A DNA stretch of 64,000 bases from the NCBI RefSeq assembly GCF_009914755.1, contig NC_060938.1. One strand, given 5' to 3'. The translations under genes and the position numbers were made by a program. Shown here one piece after another: positions 31,531-45,155 of this stretch; the first letter of the stretch is position 1; every line of letters starts with the position of its first letter. Under the pieces are notes generated by a model. That model was not told the DNA's origin and ran no database searches. It saw only the letters and a list, made by a program, of their open reading frames with translations. Source of the stretch: the human T2T-CHM13v2.0 reference genome, Homo sapiens.

Positions 31531-32988
31531 GAGGCGGGGGCACCACAGGCCTTAATCATCAGCATATTCCATCTGGATTTTTTAAATGGAATCCGACAGC
31601 TCATTGACTCATTTTCTTAACATGGTGTCTGGGATTCAGTCCCAATACAGACAACTTGCATGTTGCAAAGAAAATCCACTTGATGACTGTAATTACCCAA
31701 ACTTCTGACTCACCTTTTTCACTACCTTAAAACATGGCTTTTGCCACTAACCAAACACAATTCTGTCCCTGAGCTAAAGAGCCAGCTCCAGAGGGTGAAC
31801 CAAGCTGGGGTTGGGGAGGAGGTCAGGCCTCTTTCCACACAGTTCTGGGTTTATTTTCCATGAAGCCTTCTTCTTCATTCAAGAAGAAAGTGGCCTTCAT
31901 CCAAGGCCATTCCTATCCCAATGACTGCAATCACACCCTGAGAGAGGCAAGCCCTTCTGAGACTATCTGATACGCTTGCTGTCCACAGAAATTGCTTGGA
32001 GGATTTCAGGAGCAGCTCCTTTGCTGCCATCACAGGAGTTTGGGGACATAGAGGACATCTACTACCTGGAGAGGGTGAGGAAGCAGAAATCTTGTGAGTG
32101 GCCACATCTCAGCCTGCCCAAAGGGTGTGTAATCCCAGCAGGTTAATTTTCTAGAACCCAAGAAGCAGGATGCATTACAGGCCCTCTGTTTTCCTCTGGG
32201 AGCTTTTACAAGGCCAAAACATCTGACTGAAACGATTACAGGCTCAGCAGCTCCCTGATTACACTCTATCCTGGAGCTCAGAACCCATTTCTATAGGACC
32301 CATGACTGGATAGTCTAGCAAACACTCCCCCAGAAATGTACCCCCAACCCATCAACTGATGATGGGATACATGAGAAGGGCATTACTTAGCATTTGCTGG
32401 CACACGAATATACCACGGGTAGGGAGGTGGTGAGAAGGAGAATGGAGATAGTTATTTTAACTCTCCCTTTCTTTTTGGGGAAAGAAATGATTTTTTTTAA
32501 GTCAAGTTACTGGAGAAAAGTAACACCTGCCTCCAAGTCTAAGTTAAAGGTCACAGAACATCTGAATCACATTTCCTTTTCTTCTCCTTTTCCTTCACCA
32601 CCATGAGGGCCTTCTGGAAGGTTCTCCTCCATTCTGGGGCTATTCGATACTCCCTTTCCCAAATCTCCTGCATGCCCATTTCTGGCTATGGGGCCCCTTG
32701 TGTCCTTGATTGGGAGGCATTTGAGGTCAGTGCTTAGGGGGTTTCTTGATGCAAAGTCTTCAGAGCCTGGGGCGCCATCTAATTCCCTCTGAATGAGAAG
32801 CTCTATAGGTAGGCCTGGAACTCTGCATTTCTAGAGAACTTCAGAGGTGTTCTGAGAGGGAGCTGCTGGCCCGCCTCATTCAGCATCATCAGTCTGGATC
32901 CGGGCCCTGCTTTTGGCTCTGGCCTGTTCTTGCCACTGGCAAAGGTTTCAGTCTGGGTCCTTTTGAATGAGTTGCCTGAGTTGTGTTG

Positions 32989-33826
32989 AGAGATCCGGTC
33001 ACCATCTCCATGCACTTGCCCCACCCCTACAGGCTGCCTAGTTTGGGGCCTGCTCATCCTCGTATGGCCTCTGTGTTACAAATTCCAACACCTTTGGCCT
33101 AACTCTCCTCCATTTAGGGTCTGTGCAGGAGCCTGTCCCACTAGTGCCCAATTCTCAAACACTGTCCCCTCCCCTGTGAACCCAAGCATCATCTAATTTT
33201 GCTCAGGCTGGAAGCTGCTCATGTTGTCAATGCTAAACGAGAAAGGGTCCCTGGAGCTGGCCAGAGCCAAGAGTATATGGATGGGCTGAGCTGAAAAAAG
33301 CAGACTGAACTCTGACGGAAGCATGACATCAATGGACTGACACAGCTAATCTGCAGAAAGAGGAGAGGATGGAGGCGAGTGGGGGCAGTGTGAAGTCAAG
33401 GGGTCATGGTAGAGGAGGAAGGGGCAGACTCAGGGAAAGTTTGGGCCCCCGTGACTTCCAGTGCTGGCCTATGGCTGGCAGCCCCGACACACAGGGCAAG
33501 TAGGACCAACCACATGAGCCACACCAGGTGGAACGATGCCAACTTATCGGGCCACTGGGCACACCCTGCTTCTATTGTCTGTCAACCTAACAAAACACCC
33601 TTTGCCACTTTCTTAAGTCCCTGGCTCCTGGACAATCACCTGGGCCTGCCCTATGCTCTCTGGGTAAACACTTTGCCAGCCTCCCAGCATCAGAGATCAT
33701 GCCACTGTCTCCAAGAACCTGCCCCACCTCTAAGGGCTGCCTAGTCTGGGGCCCACGCCTCCTGTTCTAGTCTGCTGTGTTACAAATTCCAACACCTTCA
33801 GCGTAGCTGTCCCTCCTTGCAGGAGC
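32989..33826 (+). repeat. Dispersed direct repeat pair (~32989-33131 and ~33692-33826)
   Basis: Colinear similarity with an exact 24-mer ctgtgttacaaattccaacacctt at 33071 and 33775. Confidence 0.8.
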
Positions 33827-34261
33827 AAGGAGAGGGGTCCGGAGCCAACAGACAGCCTCAGTCAGTCGTTTGTCATTCTTAGGGCCTCTCTGTGCCAGGC
33901 ACTGGAAAAGTGGTGAATAAAACAGACCCAGGAGCAATCCTGTCCTCAGGCAGCCTGGAGTGTCGTGAGAGGGCAGCAACGGACCATGTAAATGAATATG
34001 GAACTTCTGCCCCTAACCAGTGCTGGGAACAAAAACGACGTGGGAGCCAGGTCAGGCATCTGGCATCAGGGAAGAGGAATGGTTTCTGCTGAGCTGGTCA
34101 GAAGCCCAAGGGACAAACATAATCTGGGGGACTTAATCTAGGCCCATCACTTAGATTAAAGGAGTGATGGGCCTCACTGGGGTCTTCATGGGCTGGACTG
34201 GATTCCCAGCTGGGCCACCTGAGAACCCTGGCCTTGAAACCTACCCAACTAAGGCACTGGG

Positions 34262-34689
34262 TGTATTTGTCCATTTTGCATTGCTTATAAATCACCTGAG
34301 ACTGGGTGATATATAAGAAAAAAGGTTGATATGGCTCACTGTTCTGCAGACTGTACAAGAAGCATGGTGCCAGCATCTGCTTCTGGTGAGGCTTCAGGAA
34401 GCTTTCATTCATGATGGAAGAGAAAGGGGAGCATGCGTGTCACATGGTGAGAGAGGCAGCAAGCCAGCGGGAGTGGGGGGCAGGAGGTCCCAGACTCCTT
34501 AACAACCAGATCTCATGTGAACTAACAGAGTGAGATCTCATTCATTACTGTGAGGATGAGGATGGCATCAAGACATTCATGATGGAACCACCCCCATGAC
34601 CCAGACACCCCCCATTAGGCTCCACCTGCAACACTGGAGATCAGCTTTCATCTGGAGATTTGGAAGTGACAAATATTCACACTATATCA
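34262..34689 (-). mobile_element. MSTB solo LTR
   Basis: ctgtacaagaagcatggtgccagcatctgcttctggtgagg diagnostic; ends actatatca. Confidence 0.82.
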
Positions 34690-34960
34690 CGGGACAAAAG
34701 GCTCAGGTCATCCTGAAAAAAATCCTTCAAGCAGAGGACAGGGGCAGGACAGGCTTTGGACAGGTAGGACGGGCAGATCCAAATTAGACTCCTGGTTCCC
34801 ACTGGGAGGGCTTGGAAAAGTGGCCCCTGCTCTCTGAGCTTCAGTTTCACCATCTATGAAAATAGAACTGCACAAGGATGACACACCAATTCATGAGGCG
34901 TTCCATAAGAAAAGAAAGACCCAAGGAAGATGCACCCATTCTAACCAGAAAGATGCACTC

Positions 34961-35264
34961 CAGCCGGGCAAGATGTCTCACGCCTGGAATCCCAACAGTT
35001 TGGGAGGCCGAGGTGGGCAAATCGCTTGAGCCCAGGAGTTCAAGACCAGCCTAGGCAACATAGCACAACCCCATCTCTACAAAAAAAATACAAAAATTAG
35101 TCAAGTGTGGTGGTGGCAACTGTAGTCTCAGCTGCCCAGGAGGCTGAGGTGGGAGGCTCACCTGAGGCCGGGAGGTCGAGGCTGCGGTGAGCTGTGATCA
35201 TGCCACTGCACTCCAGCCTGGGCAACACAGTGAGACTTTGTCTCAAACAAAACAAAACAAAAAA
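34961..35264 (+). mobile_element. AluJ
   Basis: Alu consensus. Confidence 0.88.
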
Positions 35265-35458
35265 AGACACATTCCTTAGGAAGCCTGCTGGGAACCCCTT
35301 ATGCATGGACTGACTCTCCACCCCACGTGTCCTAATGGTTGCAAGGGGTGGCACATGACTCTCCAAATCAGGGCAACTTGTCCACCAGGCACTGCTAGCA
35401 CTATGCCCTGGGCCCACAAAACCAGTAGGGGCCTGCAAAAATGCTTTAACCTTTTTCA

Positions 35459-35780
<322 letters not shown>

Positions 35781-36012
35781 AATCAGAAGACCACAAGAAT
35801 ATGATCTGCCCTTGATAATATTTCTCTTTCTACCAATACAATCAGAAAATATAATTGTAATATGTTTTATAGAGAAAAGAGACCACAAAAATCATACCAC
35901 GGCTCTGCTCAAAGCGCAGGTAATTGAAACTTCACTTTTAGTGATTTCTGCATTAAATGCAGGTCCCTGAGGGTCTGGGGCTTCCATGCTCCCTCGGGGT
36001 AAATGTCTGTCA

Positions 36013-36321
<309 letters not shown>

Positions 36322-36789
36322 TTAAAGGAGGTAAGGAGTGGCTGAAGGTAGAGTCCACGATGTTGCTAAGGGTTGGACTTGACCTTAAGCACACTTGTTC
36401 TATTAGCTCCACTGGAACTGCCCTCAGTCCATGCTAATTGGATTAATAGTAAATAGCATAAATACGTGGGCAAACAGGTTAGTTTGAAATCATAAATGAA
36501 ATTAAATGCACAGAGCCCTAATCTCTGGAGAAAGAGGCAAGATTGTAATCAGTGGAGTACGGCCAGGCATCCCCCACCTTCAGGGGGCTCACTGCCTAGA
36601 GAGAGAGATGCAGAAGGAAACAAATAATCACAAACTAATATTACACTAAAGGGACAGTGAGAATACAGAAGAGGAAAAAGTTATGCCTCAAAGAGTCAGG
36701 GATGATTTCATGAAGAGGCTACATTTACAATGGGTCTTGATAGATGTGTAGAAATTTGCCAGATGAAGAATCAATGTGAGAAAATGAAA

Positions 36790-37300
36790 GAACATGACAT
36801 TTGGAGTCAAGCAGACCAATGCTCCAATCCCAGCCTTGTTCTTTTCTATTGATGTAACCAGAGACAAGTTATCTCGCCTCTCTGAGATTCAGTTTACTTA
36901 TCCATAAGATACCTACCCTTTGGAGTTCCTTAGAGGATTAAAGGCAATAATATACATACAATACCTGGCACCTGATAGGCTTTTTGTAAATAGTAGCTAC
37001 TAAAAGGAGAAGATGTGTTCGAAGCTGAGGGTTTGTACAAAGGTGTGTTGCAAGCATGAGTCACACAAAGATTGGGGAGAGGGTGGGCCGGAAGCGTGGG
37101 AGTCCAGAGAACCTGGATCTGAATCTCTTGCAGTCCTTGATGTATCAGCTGTGTGGCCCTAGGTGAGTTATTTAGCTTCTCTGCAACTGTAAAATGGGGT
37201 AATGACGGCACAGCCTTGGAGAGCTATTATGTTGGGACAATGAGTTAGTGCAAGTAAAATGCCCAGCGCAGAGTGAGCCATCAGCAAATGTCAGCTATTA
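36790..37300 (+). mobile_element. Two MIR fragments
   Basis: acaagttatctcgcctctctgagattcagttt; agttatttagcttctctg...ctgtaaaatggggtaat. Confidence 0.6.
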
Positions 37301-37539
37301 CTGCTGTTTCATCATCACCATTGCTTTTTTGTCATCATTGGAAACAGGAAGTGAGGGAATGGGCTGAGAATGAACAGATCGTATCTGGCCCTCCACTGAT
37401 CTTAATATGATATATTGATTGGTTTATCATCCCTTCATTGTCTCTCCCTATTAGAATATAACCATCTCCAATGAGATGGGCTCGTTGTCTTGTTCACTGC
37501 TCTATGCCCAGTATCTAGCAGAGCACCTGATGCATAGGA

Positions 37540-38162
37540 CAGTTGGCCCTCCATATCCATGGGTTCTGCATCCACAGATTCAACCATCCTCTCATTGAAA
37601 ATATCCAGGTTCCGGTGCGATGGCTCACAGCACTTTGGGAGGCCAAGGCAGGCGGCTAACTTGAGTCCAGGAGCTCAAGACCAGCCTGGGCAACACGGTA
37701 AAACTCTGTCCCTACAAAAATATGCAAAACAATAATTAGCCAGGCATGGTGGTGCGTGCATGTAGTCCCAGCCACTGGAGAGGCTGAGGTGGGAAGATCA
37801 CCCAAGCCCAGGAAGTCAAGGCTGCAGTGAGCTGAGCTGTGATCACACCACTGCACTCCAGCATGGCTGACAGAGTGAGACCCTGTCTCAAAAGAAAATA
37901 TTCAGAAAAACAATTCTATGAAGTTCCAAAAAGCAAAATTTGGATTTGCTATGCACTGAGTGCATTGAATCTATGTAAATGAAGTGATGTGTAAGCATTG
38001 TATTAGGTATTAAAAGTAATCTAGAGATGATTTAAAGTATACTCTGCACAGGCTATATGAAAATACTGTGCTATATTTATATAGGGGACTTAAGCATCTG
38101 CAGATTTTCTTACCTAAGGGGTGTCCTGGAACCAATCCCCAACAGATACTGAGGGACAACTG
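37540..38162. mobile_element. Tigger3-type TcMar DNA transposon (contains an Alu), inserted in an L2 3' end
   Basis: Terminal inverted repeats cagttggccctccatatcc / gatactgagggacaactg; L2 (TGGA)n tail resumes after 38162. Confidence 0.8.
37608..37898 (+). mobile_element. AluJ inside Tigger3
   Basis: Diverged Alu. Confidence 0.87.
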
Positions 38163-38226
38163 CACATGCTTGATAAACACATGTAGGATGGATGGATGGA
38201 TGGATGGATGGAGCTATGCTTGCAAG

Positions 38227-38651
38227 TGATAGAGACAGGAAATAGCCAAGGGTCCCTGGTGAAGCCCCGCCTTCAAGCCTAAAACAGCCTGAAGGGTGAG
38301 AAACCGGACCGCTAGTCCTGGATGACGCCTGCGCTTTCCTGACTGATTCTCTCTGAACGACACCCACCTGCACACTGGGAGGACGGGGTGGAGCCTGGGG
38401 AAGTTCACGCCATTTGCAGAGGGGAGGAACCCGGCCTCTTCAGTATCAGGGTGGTGACCTGGGATTCAATCTATGAGGTGGGAAACCTGCTAGCAGGACT
38501 CTTTTTCGCTTTGCTGAGAGTTATCTTTCCTTTTTCCTTTTCTCCCAATAAATTCCGCTCCTCACCCTTCTATGTGTCCGTGAGCCTAATCTTTCCTGGT
38601 TGTGTAACAAGAACCCGGTTTTAGCTGAACTAAGGAGAAAGTTCTGCAACA
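38227..38651 (+). mobile_element. ERV1 solo LTR (MER61-like)
   Basis: TG...CA termini, TSD CAAG, AATAAA at 38547, ttttagctgaactaaggagaaagttctgcaaca end. Confidence 0.75.
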
Positions 38652-38739
38652 CAAGAAAGGAAGGAAAGACAGCAACTTCTGAACCTAAGTGCAGGGTCAG
38701 CAGACCTTCAAGGGATTCCTTGCCAGCCCTCAGCCACTG

Positions 38740-39460
38740 GCCCTAGAGATCCTGGAACAGTGATACGATCACCTGTGCTTCAGTTTCTGCATCTGTCCCA
38801 TGAACATGAGGAGACCTAGCTTCCAAATTGTGGTGAGGATTAGACATAAACAATGTGAAGTACTTAACAGTGCCTAGAACAGAGGAGGCACTCAACAGAG
38901 GTAGCTGCCATTATTATTACTATTACAATTATTAGTAATAATAAAAAGGTACTTCATAAATTGTTACAATCACTACTGCAGCCCAAAGGAACCTCTCTTT
39001 TCCACTGAACAGCATACAGACAGCTTCTTCTGGTTCAGCTGCAAAATTCCCTTTGGAGTTGCGGCCCATTTGAATCACCTGTGTTATTCTTTTTCCTGGC
39101 CGGCAGGGAGCTCTTGGGGCACATGCCTGCGTTCTCTGTCTCCATCACACACTCTCTCTCTCCCTCTCTCTCTCTCTCTGTTTCTCCCTCCCTTCTCCCC
39201 ACCCTCTTTCTCCTCCTAATTCTACTCAGCCCCACCCACCACCACTATCATTAACCAAAAATGACCCTTCTCCCCCTCCTTTCTTTCTCCTTCTTCAGTC
39301 CTCTGTGGGTCTTTTCACAGAGCCTCAGTTTCCTCATCTGTAAAAATGGGTATGACACTACCATCTCACAGGGCTGTGGGAGGATTCAGTGAGATGAAGT
39401 AGACAAATTGCTTAGCCCAGTGCCTGGCACATAGTAAATGCTCAGTGAAATGAGAGCCAT
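38740..39460 (+). mobile_element. MIR fragments (38740-38930, 39320-39460) flanking a CT-rich tract
   Basis: agcctcagtttcctcatctgtaaaaatggg. Confidence 0.65.
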
Positions 39461-39510
39461 ATGGTTATTTTCTTATTTCTATATTTGCACCTTATTTCCT
39501 TCACTTCATT

Positions 39511-39707
39511 GAGTTTTTTTGTTTGTTTGTTTTGATTTGGTTTTGTTGTTGTTATTTTTAGAGACAGGGTCTAGCTCTGTTGCCCAGGTTGGAGTACAGT
39601 GGTACAACCACAGTTCACTGCAGCCTTGAACACCTGGCCTCAAGCATTCCTCCCGCCTCAACCTCCTAAAGAGCTGGGACTACAGGCATGTGCCACCACA
39701 CCTGGCT
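39511..39707 (-). mobile_element. Alu monomer (AluJ right arm/FRAM)
   Basis: Reverse Alu right arm with (TTTG)n tail. Confidence 0.8.
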
Positions 39708-40499
39708 CATTGTTTGTTATGAGTCTTTGAGCCAGGGGTTGAGCTCTGGAACCATCTCTGCATGATTCCCAGTGTATATCGTAGGATTAGTTTGGAGAAG
39801 GAGCAAAAAAGGGGGAAAGAGTGGAAGGTCATGAGCTGTCCCTGCTCCCAGAGACAGTTCTCTTTCTGTTTGAAAGAGAACAGCCTGCTGAGGAGGGCTG
39901 GTGTTTAAAACAAAATGTGGTTCACACTTCTTCCTTCTCGTGAGATGAAGCCACCAGAGGGACATGCTTCTGCAGATGGGACTGGCACGTTAAGTTCAGG
40001 TGCATGGGGGTGGGTAAGAGCCCAGGATGAAAGAGCCCATGGCCTCTCCGGCCACACAGCTGTTAATGATGGGAGGTGCCTTTATGACATCCAGCCATTA
40101 CCCCAGTGGTATGAGGTGGAGATAATTACCTACATTTCACAGATGAGGAAACGGAGGCCCAGAGAGGTTAATTAACTTGCCTAAGCTCATGCTGTGCCAA
40201 GGGGGAGCAGCAGGGACTCTAATCCAGCCCCAGCTATTTTTTAACCTATTAGTGTCACACAGAACAAAACTTGCATCGTGAATAGCAGCAAGGCGAAGAG
40301 CCCCTGACTCTTTGAGGCTTTAATGAAAAGCATCCCGGTACACAGGCAGAGCGCCCTCCTTCGGGGCCCCAGGCATTAGTGTGGGAAATATCTGGAAGAT
40401 GGACAAAAACACGCGTCTTCAACCCACATAATAGGAGGCCTCCAGCCACTACATTTGCTAAGAAACTACCATTTATTGAGACCTACTATGCGCTGGCAC

Positions 40500-41543
<1,044 letters not shown>

Positions 41544-41555
41544 GTAGTATGCTAA

Positions 41556-41914
<359 letters not shown>

Positions 41915-41961
41915 CAAGGGAACATTTTTTAATCCCATTAGACAGATGAAAAACTGAGACA

Positions 41962-42107
41962 AACTAGGTGGTCCAAAGCAATAGAAATGTATTCTCGCCC
42001 ATAGTTTTGAAGGCTACAAGTCCTCTCTTTATAAGAACACCGGTCACACTGGAGTAAGGGCCCACCCTACGTTAGTATTAACCCACCCAACTTAATTAAT
42101 TATGTCT
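41962..42107 (-). repeat. Local duplicate of part of the MLT1 at 43790-44840, without the LTR insertion
   Basis: 42020-42107 vs 44678-44765 differ at 7 of 88 positions; the 5' part aligns to 43829-43886. Confidence 0.85.
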
Positions 42108-42272
42108 AAGGTCATGCAGTCATTAGATATCATTCATGTGACCATCCTCTCAACCCCCAGGTTTCTGTGGAGGTTTAAGGGAACACCCTCACTGCTATTT
42201 CAGTCTCACTGTGTGTCATAGCTTCAAGTAACCAGTGTCATTTGCAGACCTGGATGTAAACCCTTGGGGGTT

Positions 42273-43270
42273 TGTATCAGTTTGCTTTTGCTACAGTAAT
42301 CCTGCATAACAAAAAAGTCTCAAAACCTCAATGGCATACAACAATGAGCACTGGTTCGGCTCACGTGGCCCAGCTCTTGGCCAGGTGTCTCTCATCCTCC
42401 TAATGAGTCTGCAGGCTGCCTGGAGCATTCTTCTCATGGTGATGGCAGAGGCACAAGAGGGCAGGTAGAGACGCAAAAGATCAAGCATAAATGATTAACC
42501 ATCACTTCCATCTGATTGCATTAACCAACACCAGTCACATGGCCAACCCAAAGTCAAGGGCAGGAAAACATATTCCACCCATGGAAATGAGGGGGCTGCG
42601 AGGTCACATGGTTACCAGAAAGGGGTCCCAATCCAGACCCCAAGAGAGGGTTCTAGGATCTGACACAAGACAGACGGGGCCAGTCCATAATGTGAAAAGC
42701 AAGTTTATTAGGAAAATAAAGGAATAAAGAATGCCTATTCCATAGGAAGAGCAGGGCTGCTGGCTGCCCATTTTTATGAATATTTCTTGATTATATGCTA
42801 AACAAGGGGTGGATTATTCTTGAGTTTTCTGGGAAAAAGGTGGGCAATTGCCGGAACTGAGGGTTCCTCCCCTTTTTAGACCATATAGGGTAACTTCCTG
42901 ACGTTGCCATGGCATTTGTAAACTGTCATGGTGTTGGTGGGAGTGTCTTTTAGCCTGCTAATGCATTATGGTTAGTATATAATGAGCAGCGAGGATGGCT
43001 GGAGGTCACTCTTGTTGCCTTCTTGGCTTTGGTGGGTTTCAGCTGGCTTCTTTACTGCAACTTGTTTTATCAGCATGGTCTTTATGACCTGTATCTTGTG
43101 CTGACCCCCTATCTCAATGCGTAACGTCCTAGGAGGGCAGCCAGTAGGTCTCAGCCTCATTTTACCCAACCCCTATTCAAGATAGAGTTGCTATGATTCA
43201 AATGCCTCTGACAACATGGCAAAAGGTGTGGATTCAGGGAAAAGGGGAGATTTGTGGTCATTCTCTCTCC
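42273..43270 (-). mobile_element. Old MLT1 LTR interrupted by MER41B
   Basis: tgtatcagtttgcttttgctacagtaat...aggtcacat | ggcaaaaggtgtggattcaggg. Confidence 0.65.
42610..43213 (-). mobile_element. MER41B ERV1 solo LTR
   Basis: gttaccagaaaggggtcccaatccagaccccaagagaggg...ttcaaatgcctctgaca; TSD ACAT; retains the GAS-containing segment absent from MER41A. Confidence 0.87.
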
Positions 43271-44113
43271 CTCTTCCTTTGTACCTGGCAGCATTTGGGG
43301 ATACAAATGAGACATGGGAAGATCTCGAGTTCTCTCCAGAGGACAATGGATTTGCTGACTTCTCACCTCCCCCTCACTGGGATGAACTGGTGTTGCTTTG
43401 ACTAGTCACACTTCAGTGTGTTGTGAAAAAGTATTCACTGTACTTTTTCTTCATTGTCTCTCATGATAATATTAATGATAATATAATTTACAGTTGTCCG
43501 GGTCTTGAAAGACTACAAGGCATTTATTGTCTTGCTGCTCCTCATATTACCCTGCAAAGCATGCAGAAGGGGGAGTGAGCCCATGATAGTATATAATTAA
43601 TAACAACAGCAACAATAGCAGCTAGCACTTCGTCAGCTCTTGCTTTGTTCCAGGCACCGATGAACACAACTGACTCATTTAAGATAGAGTAATTGCTCAT
43701 CACTGGGGCTCTGGAATCAGAATCTGCCCTGGAATCTCAGGGGGTCTGCTTCACAGCTGTGTGGCCTTGGGCAACTTACTTAACCTTTCTGTATTCATTT
43801 CCTAAAGCTGCTGCAACAAATCACCACCAACTTGGTGACTTAAAACAACAGAAATTTATTCTCTCCCACAATACTGAAGGTTAGAATGTGGAGTCCTGAT
43901 GATAAGTAAGCAATAAGGAGGAAGGGGCCCCAGGTAGGGGAGGGCCCCAGAGGGGAAGAACAATGAACAATTGTTCTGAGAGACCAGCTAATCACAAATA
44001 AACTGCAGGCACCACAACTAAGTTCTGCAGGTAGCCCTTTTGGCACAGCCCCGTGAAACTTCCCTCCAGCCCCTGCCTCTTTGCAGACAGCCCCTTCTCT
44101 GCTGTGCTGCCCG

Positions 44114-44115
44114 TT

Positions 44116-44189
<74 letters not shown>

Positions 44190-44277
44190 TTCCTTCCTTC
44201 CTTCCTTCCTTCCTTCCTTCCTTCCTTCCTTTCTTTCTTTCTTTCTTTCTTTCTCTTTCTTTCTTTTCTTTTTTTTT
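44114..44277. repeat. Compound (TTTC)n(TTCC)n(TTTC)n microsatellite in an Alu tail
   Basis: ~160-bp pure pyrimidine tract. Confidence 0.95.
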
Positions 44278-44546
44278 GAGACTGAACCCAGGCTGGAGTG
44301 CAGGAGCATGATCTTAGCTCACTACAACCTCTGCCTCCCAGTTTCAAGTGATTCTCATTCCTCAGCCTCCCGAGTAGCTTGGATTATGGGCGCCCGCCAC
44401 CACACCTGGCTAATTTCTGTATTTTTATCAGAGACAGGGTTTCACCATGTTGGCCAGGGTGGTCTCGAACTCCTGACTTCAAGTGATCCACCTGCCTCGG
44501 CCCCGCAAAGTGCTGGGATTACAGGCATGAGCCACTGCGCCCAGCC
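44278..44546 (-). mobile_element. AluS body
   Basis: Reverse Alu. Confidence 0.88.
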
Positions 44547-45155
44547 CCATTGTTTTCTTGTAATGTATTTTCATACTGTCTCTAATAAATCTGCTTTTCT
44601 TTACCTACAACTGTCTTGGTAAATTCCTTTACCACTCATGCCACTGGGCCCAGCTAGTTGCTACCTATGACATAGAAGTCCTCTCTTTATAAGAACACCA
44701 GTCATACTGGAGTAAGGGCCCACTCTATGTTGGTATTAATCCACCCAACTTAACTAATTATGTCTGCAATGACCCAATTTCAAATAAGGTCACGTTTTAA
44801 GGTTCATGGGTTTTGGGAGGACACTAGCCAACTTAGTACACACTCAAAGCCTTGTTTTTTTCCTTTTCCATCTATGAAATGGTGCTGCTAGTAGGTTCTA
44901 TATTAGAGGATTGATACAAGGATTGGGTAAGAAATGGCTGGACAGCTCTTGGTTCAGAGCCTGTCACACTGAAAGTGCTCGTCACATAGAAGCTGTCATA
45001 ATCACTGTCACCATCATCTCCACTTTGTAGTTGAGGAAACCAGATCCAGAGAGGGAAAGTTGGCTGTGCTCCTCTGTGTGATGAAGCCAAGTTTTCTAAT
45101 TCCTGAGCAAGTATGGCATATATACAGTAGATGCTTAATAAATGTTCCATGACAA

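Larger units (their letters stand above)
43887..44672 (+). mobile_element. ERVL solo LTR (LTR32-like), contains an Alu
   Basis: tgtggagtcctgat...ctatgaca, 5-bp TSD TAGAA, AATAAA at 44584. Confidence 0.75.
43790..44840 (-). mobile_element. Internally deleted MLT1(C/D) LTR interrupted by an ERVL LTR
   Basis: acttaaaacaacagaaatttattctc...; accagtcatactggagtaagggccca. Confidence 0.7.

Noticed and set aside
43992-44622. KERK/FLSF low-complexity ORFs
   Set aside because: Translations of the tetranucleotide microsatellite
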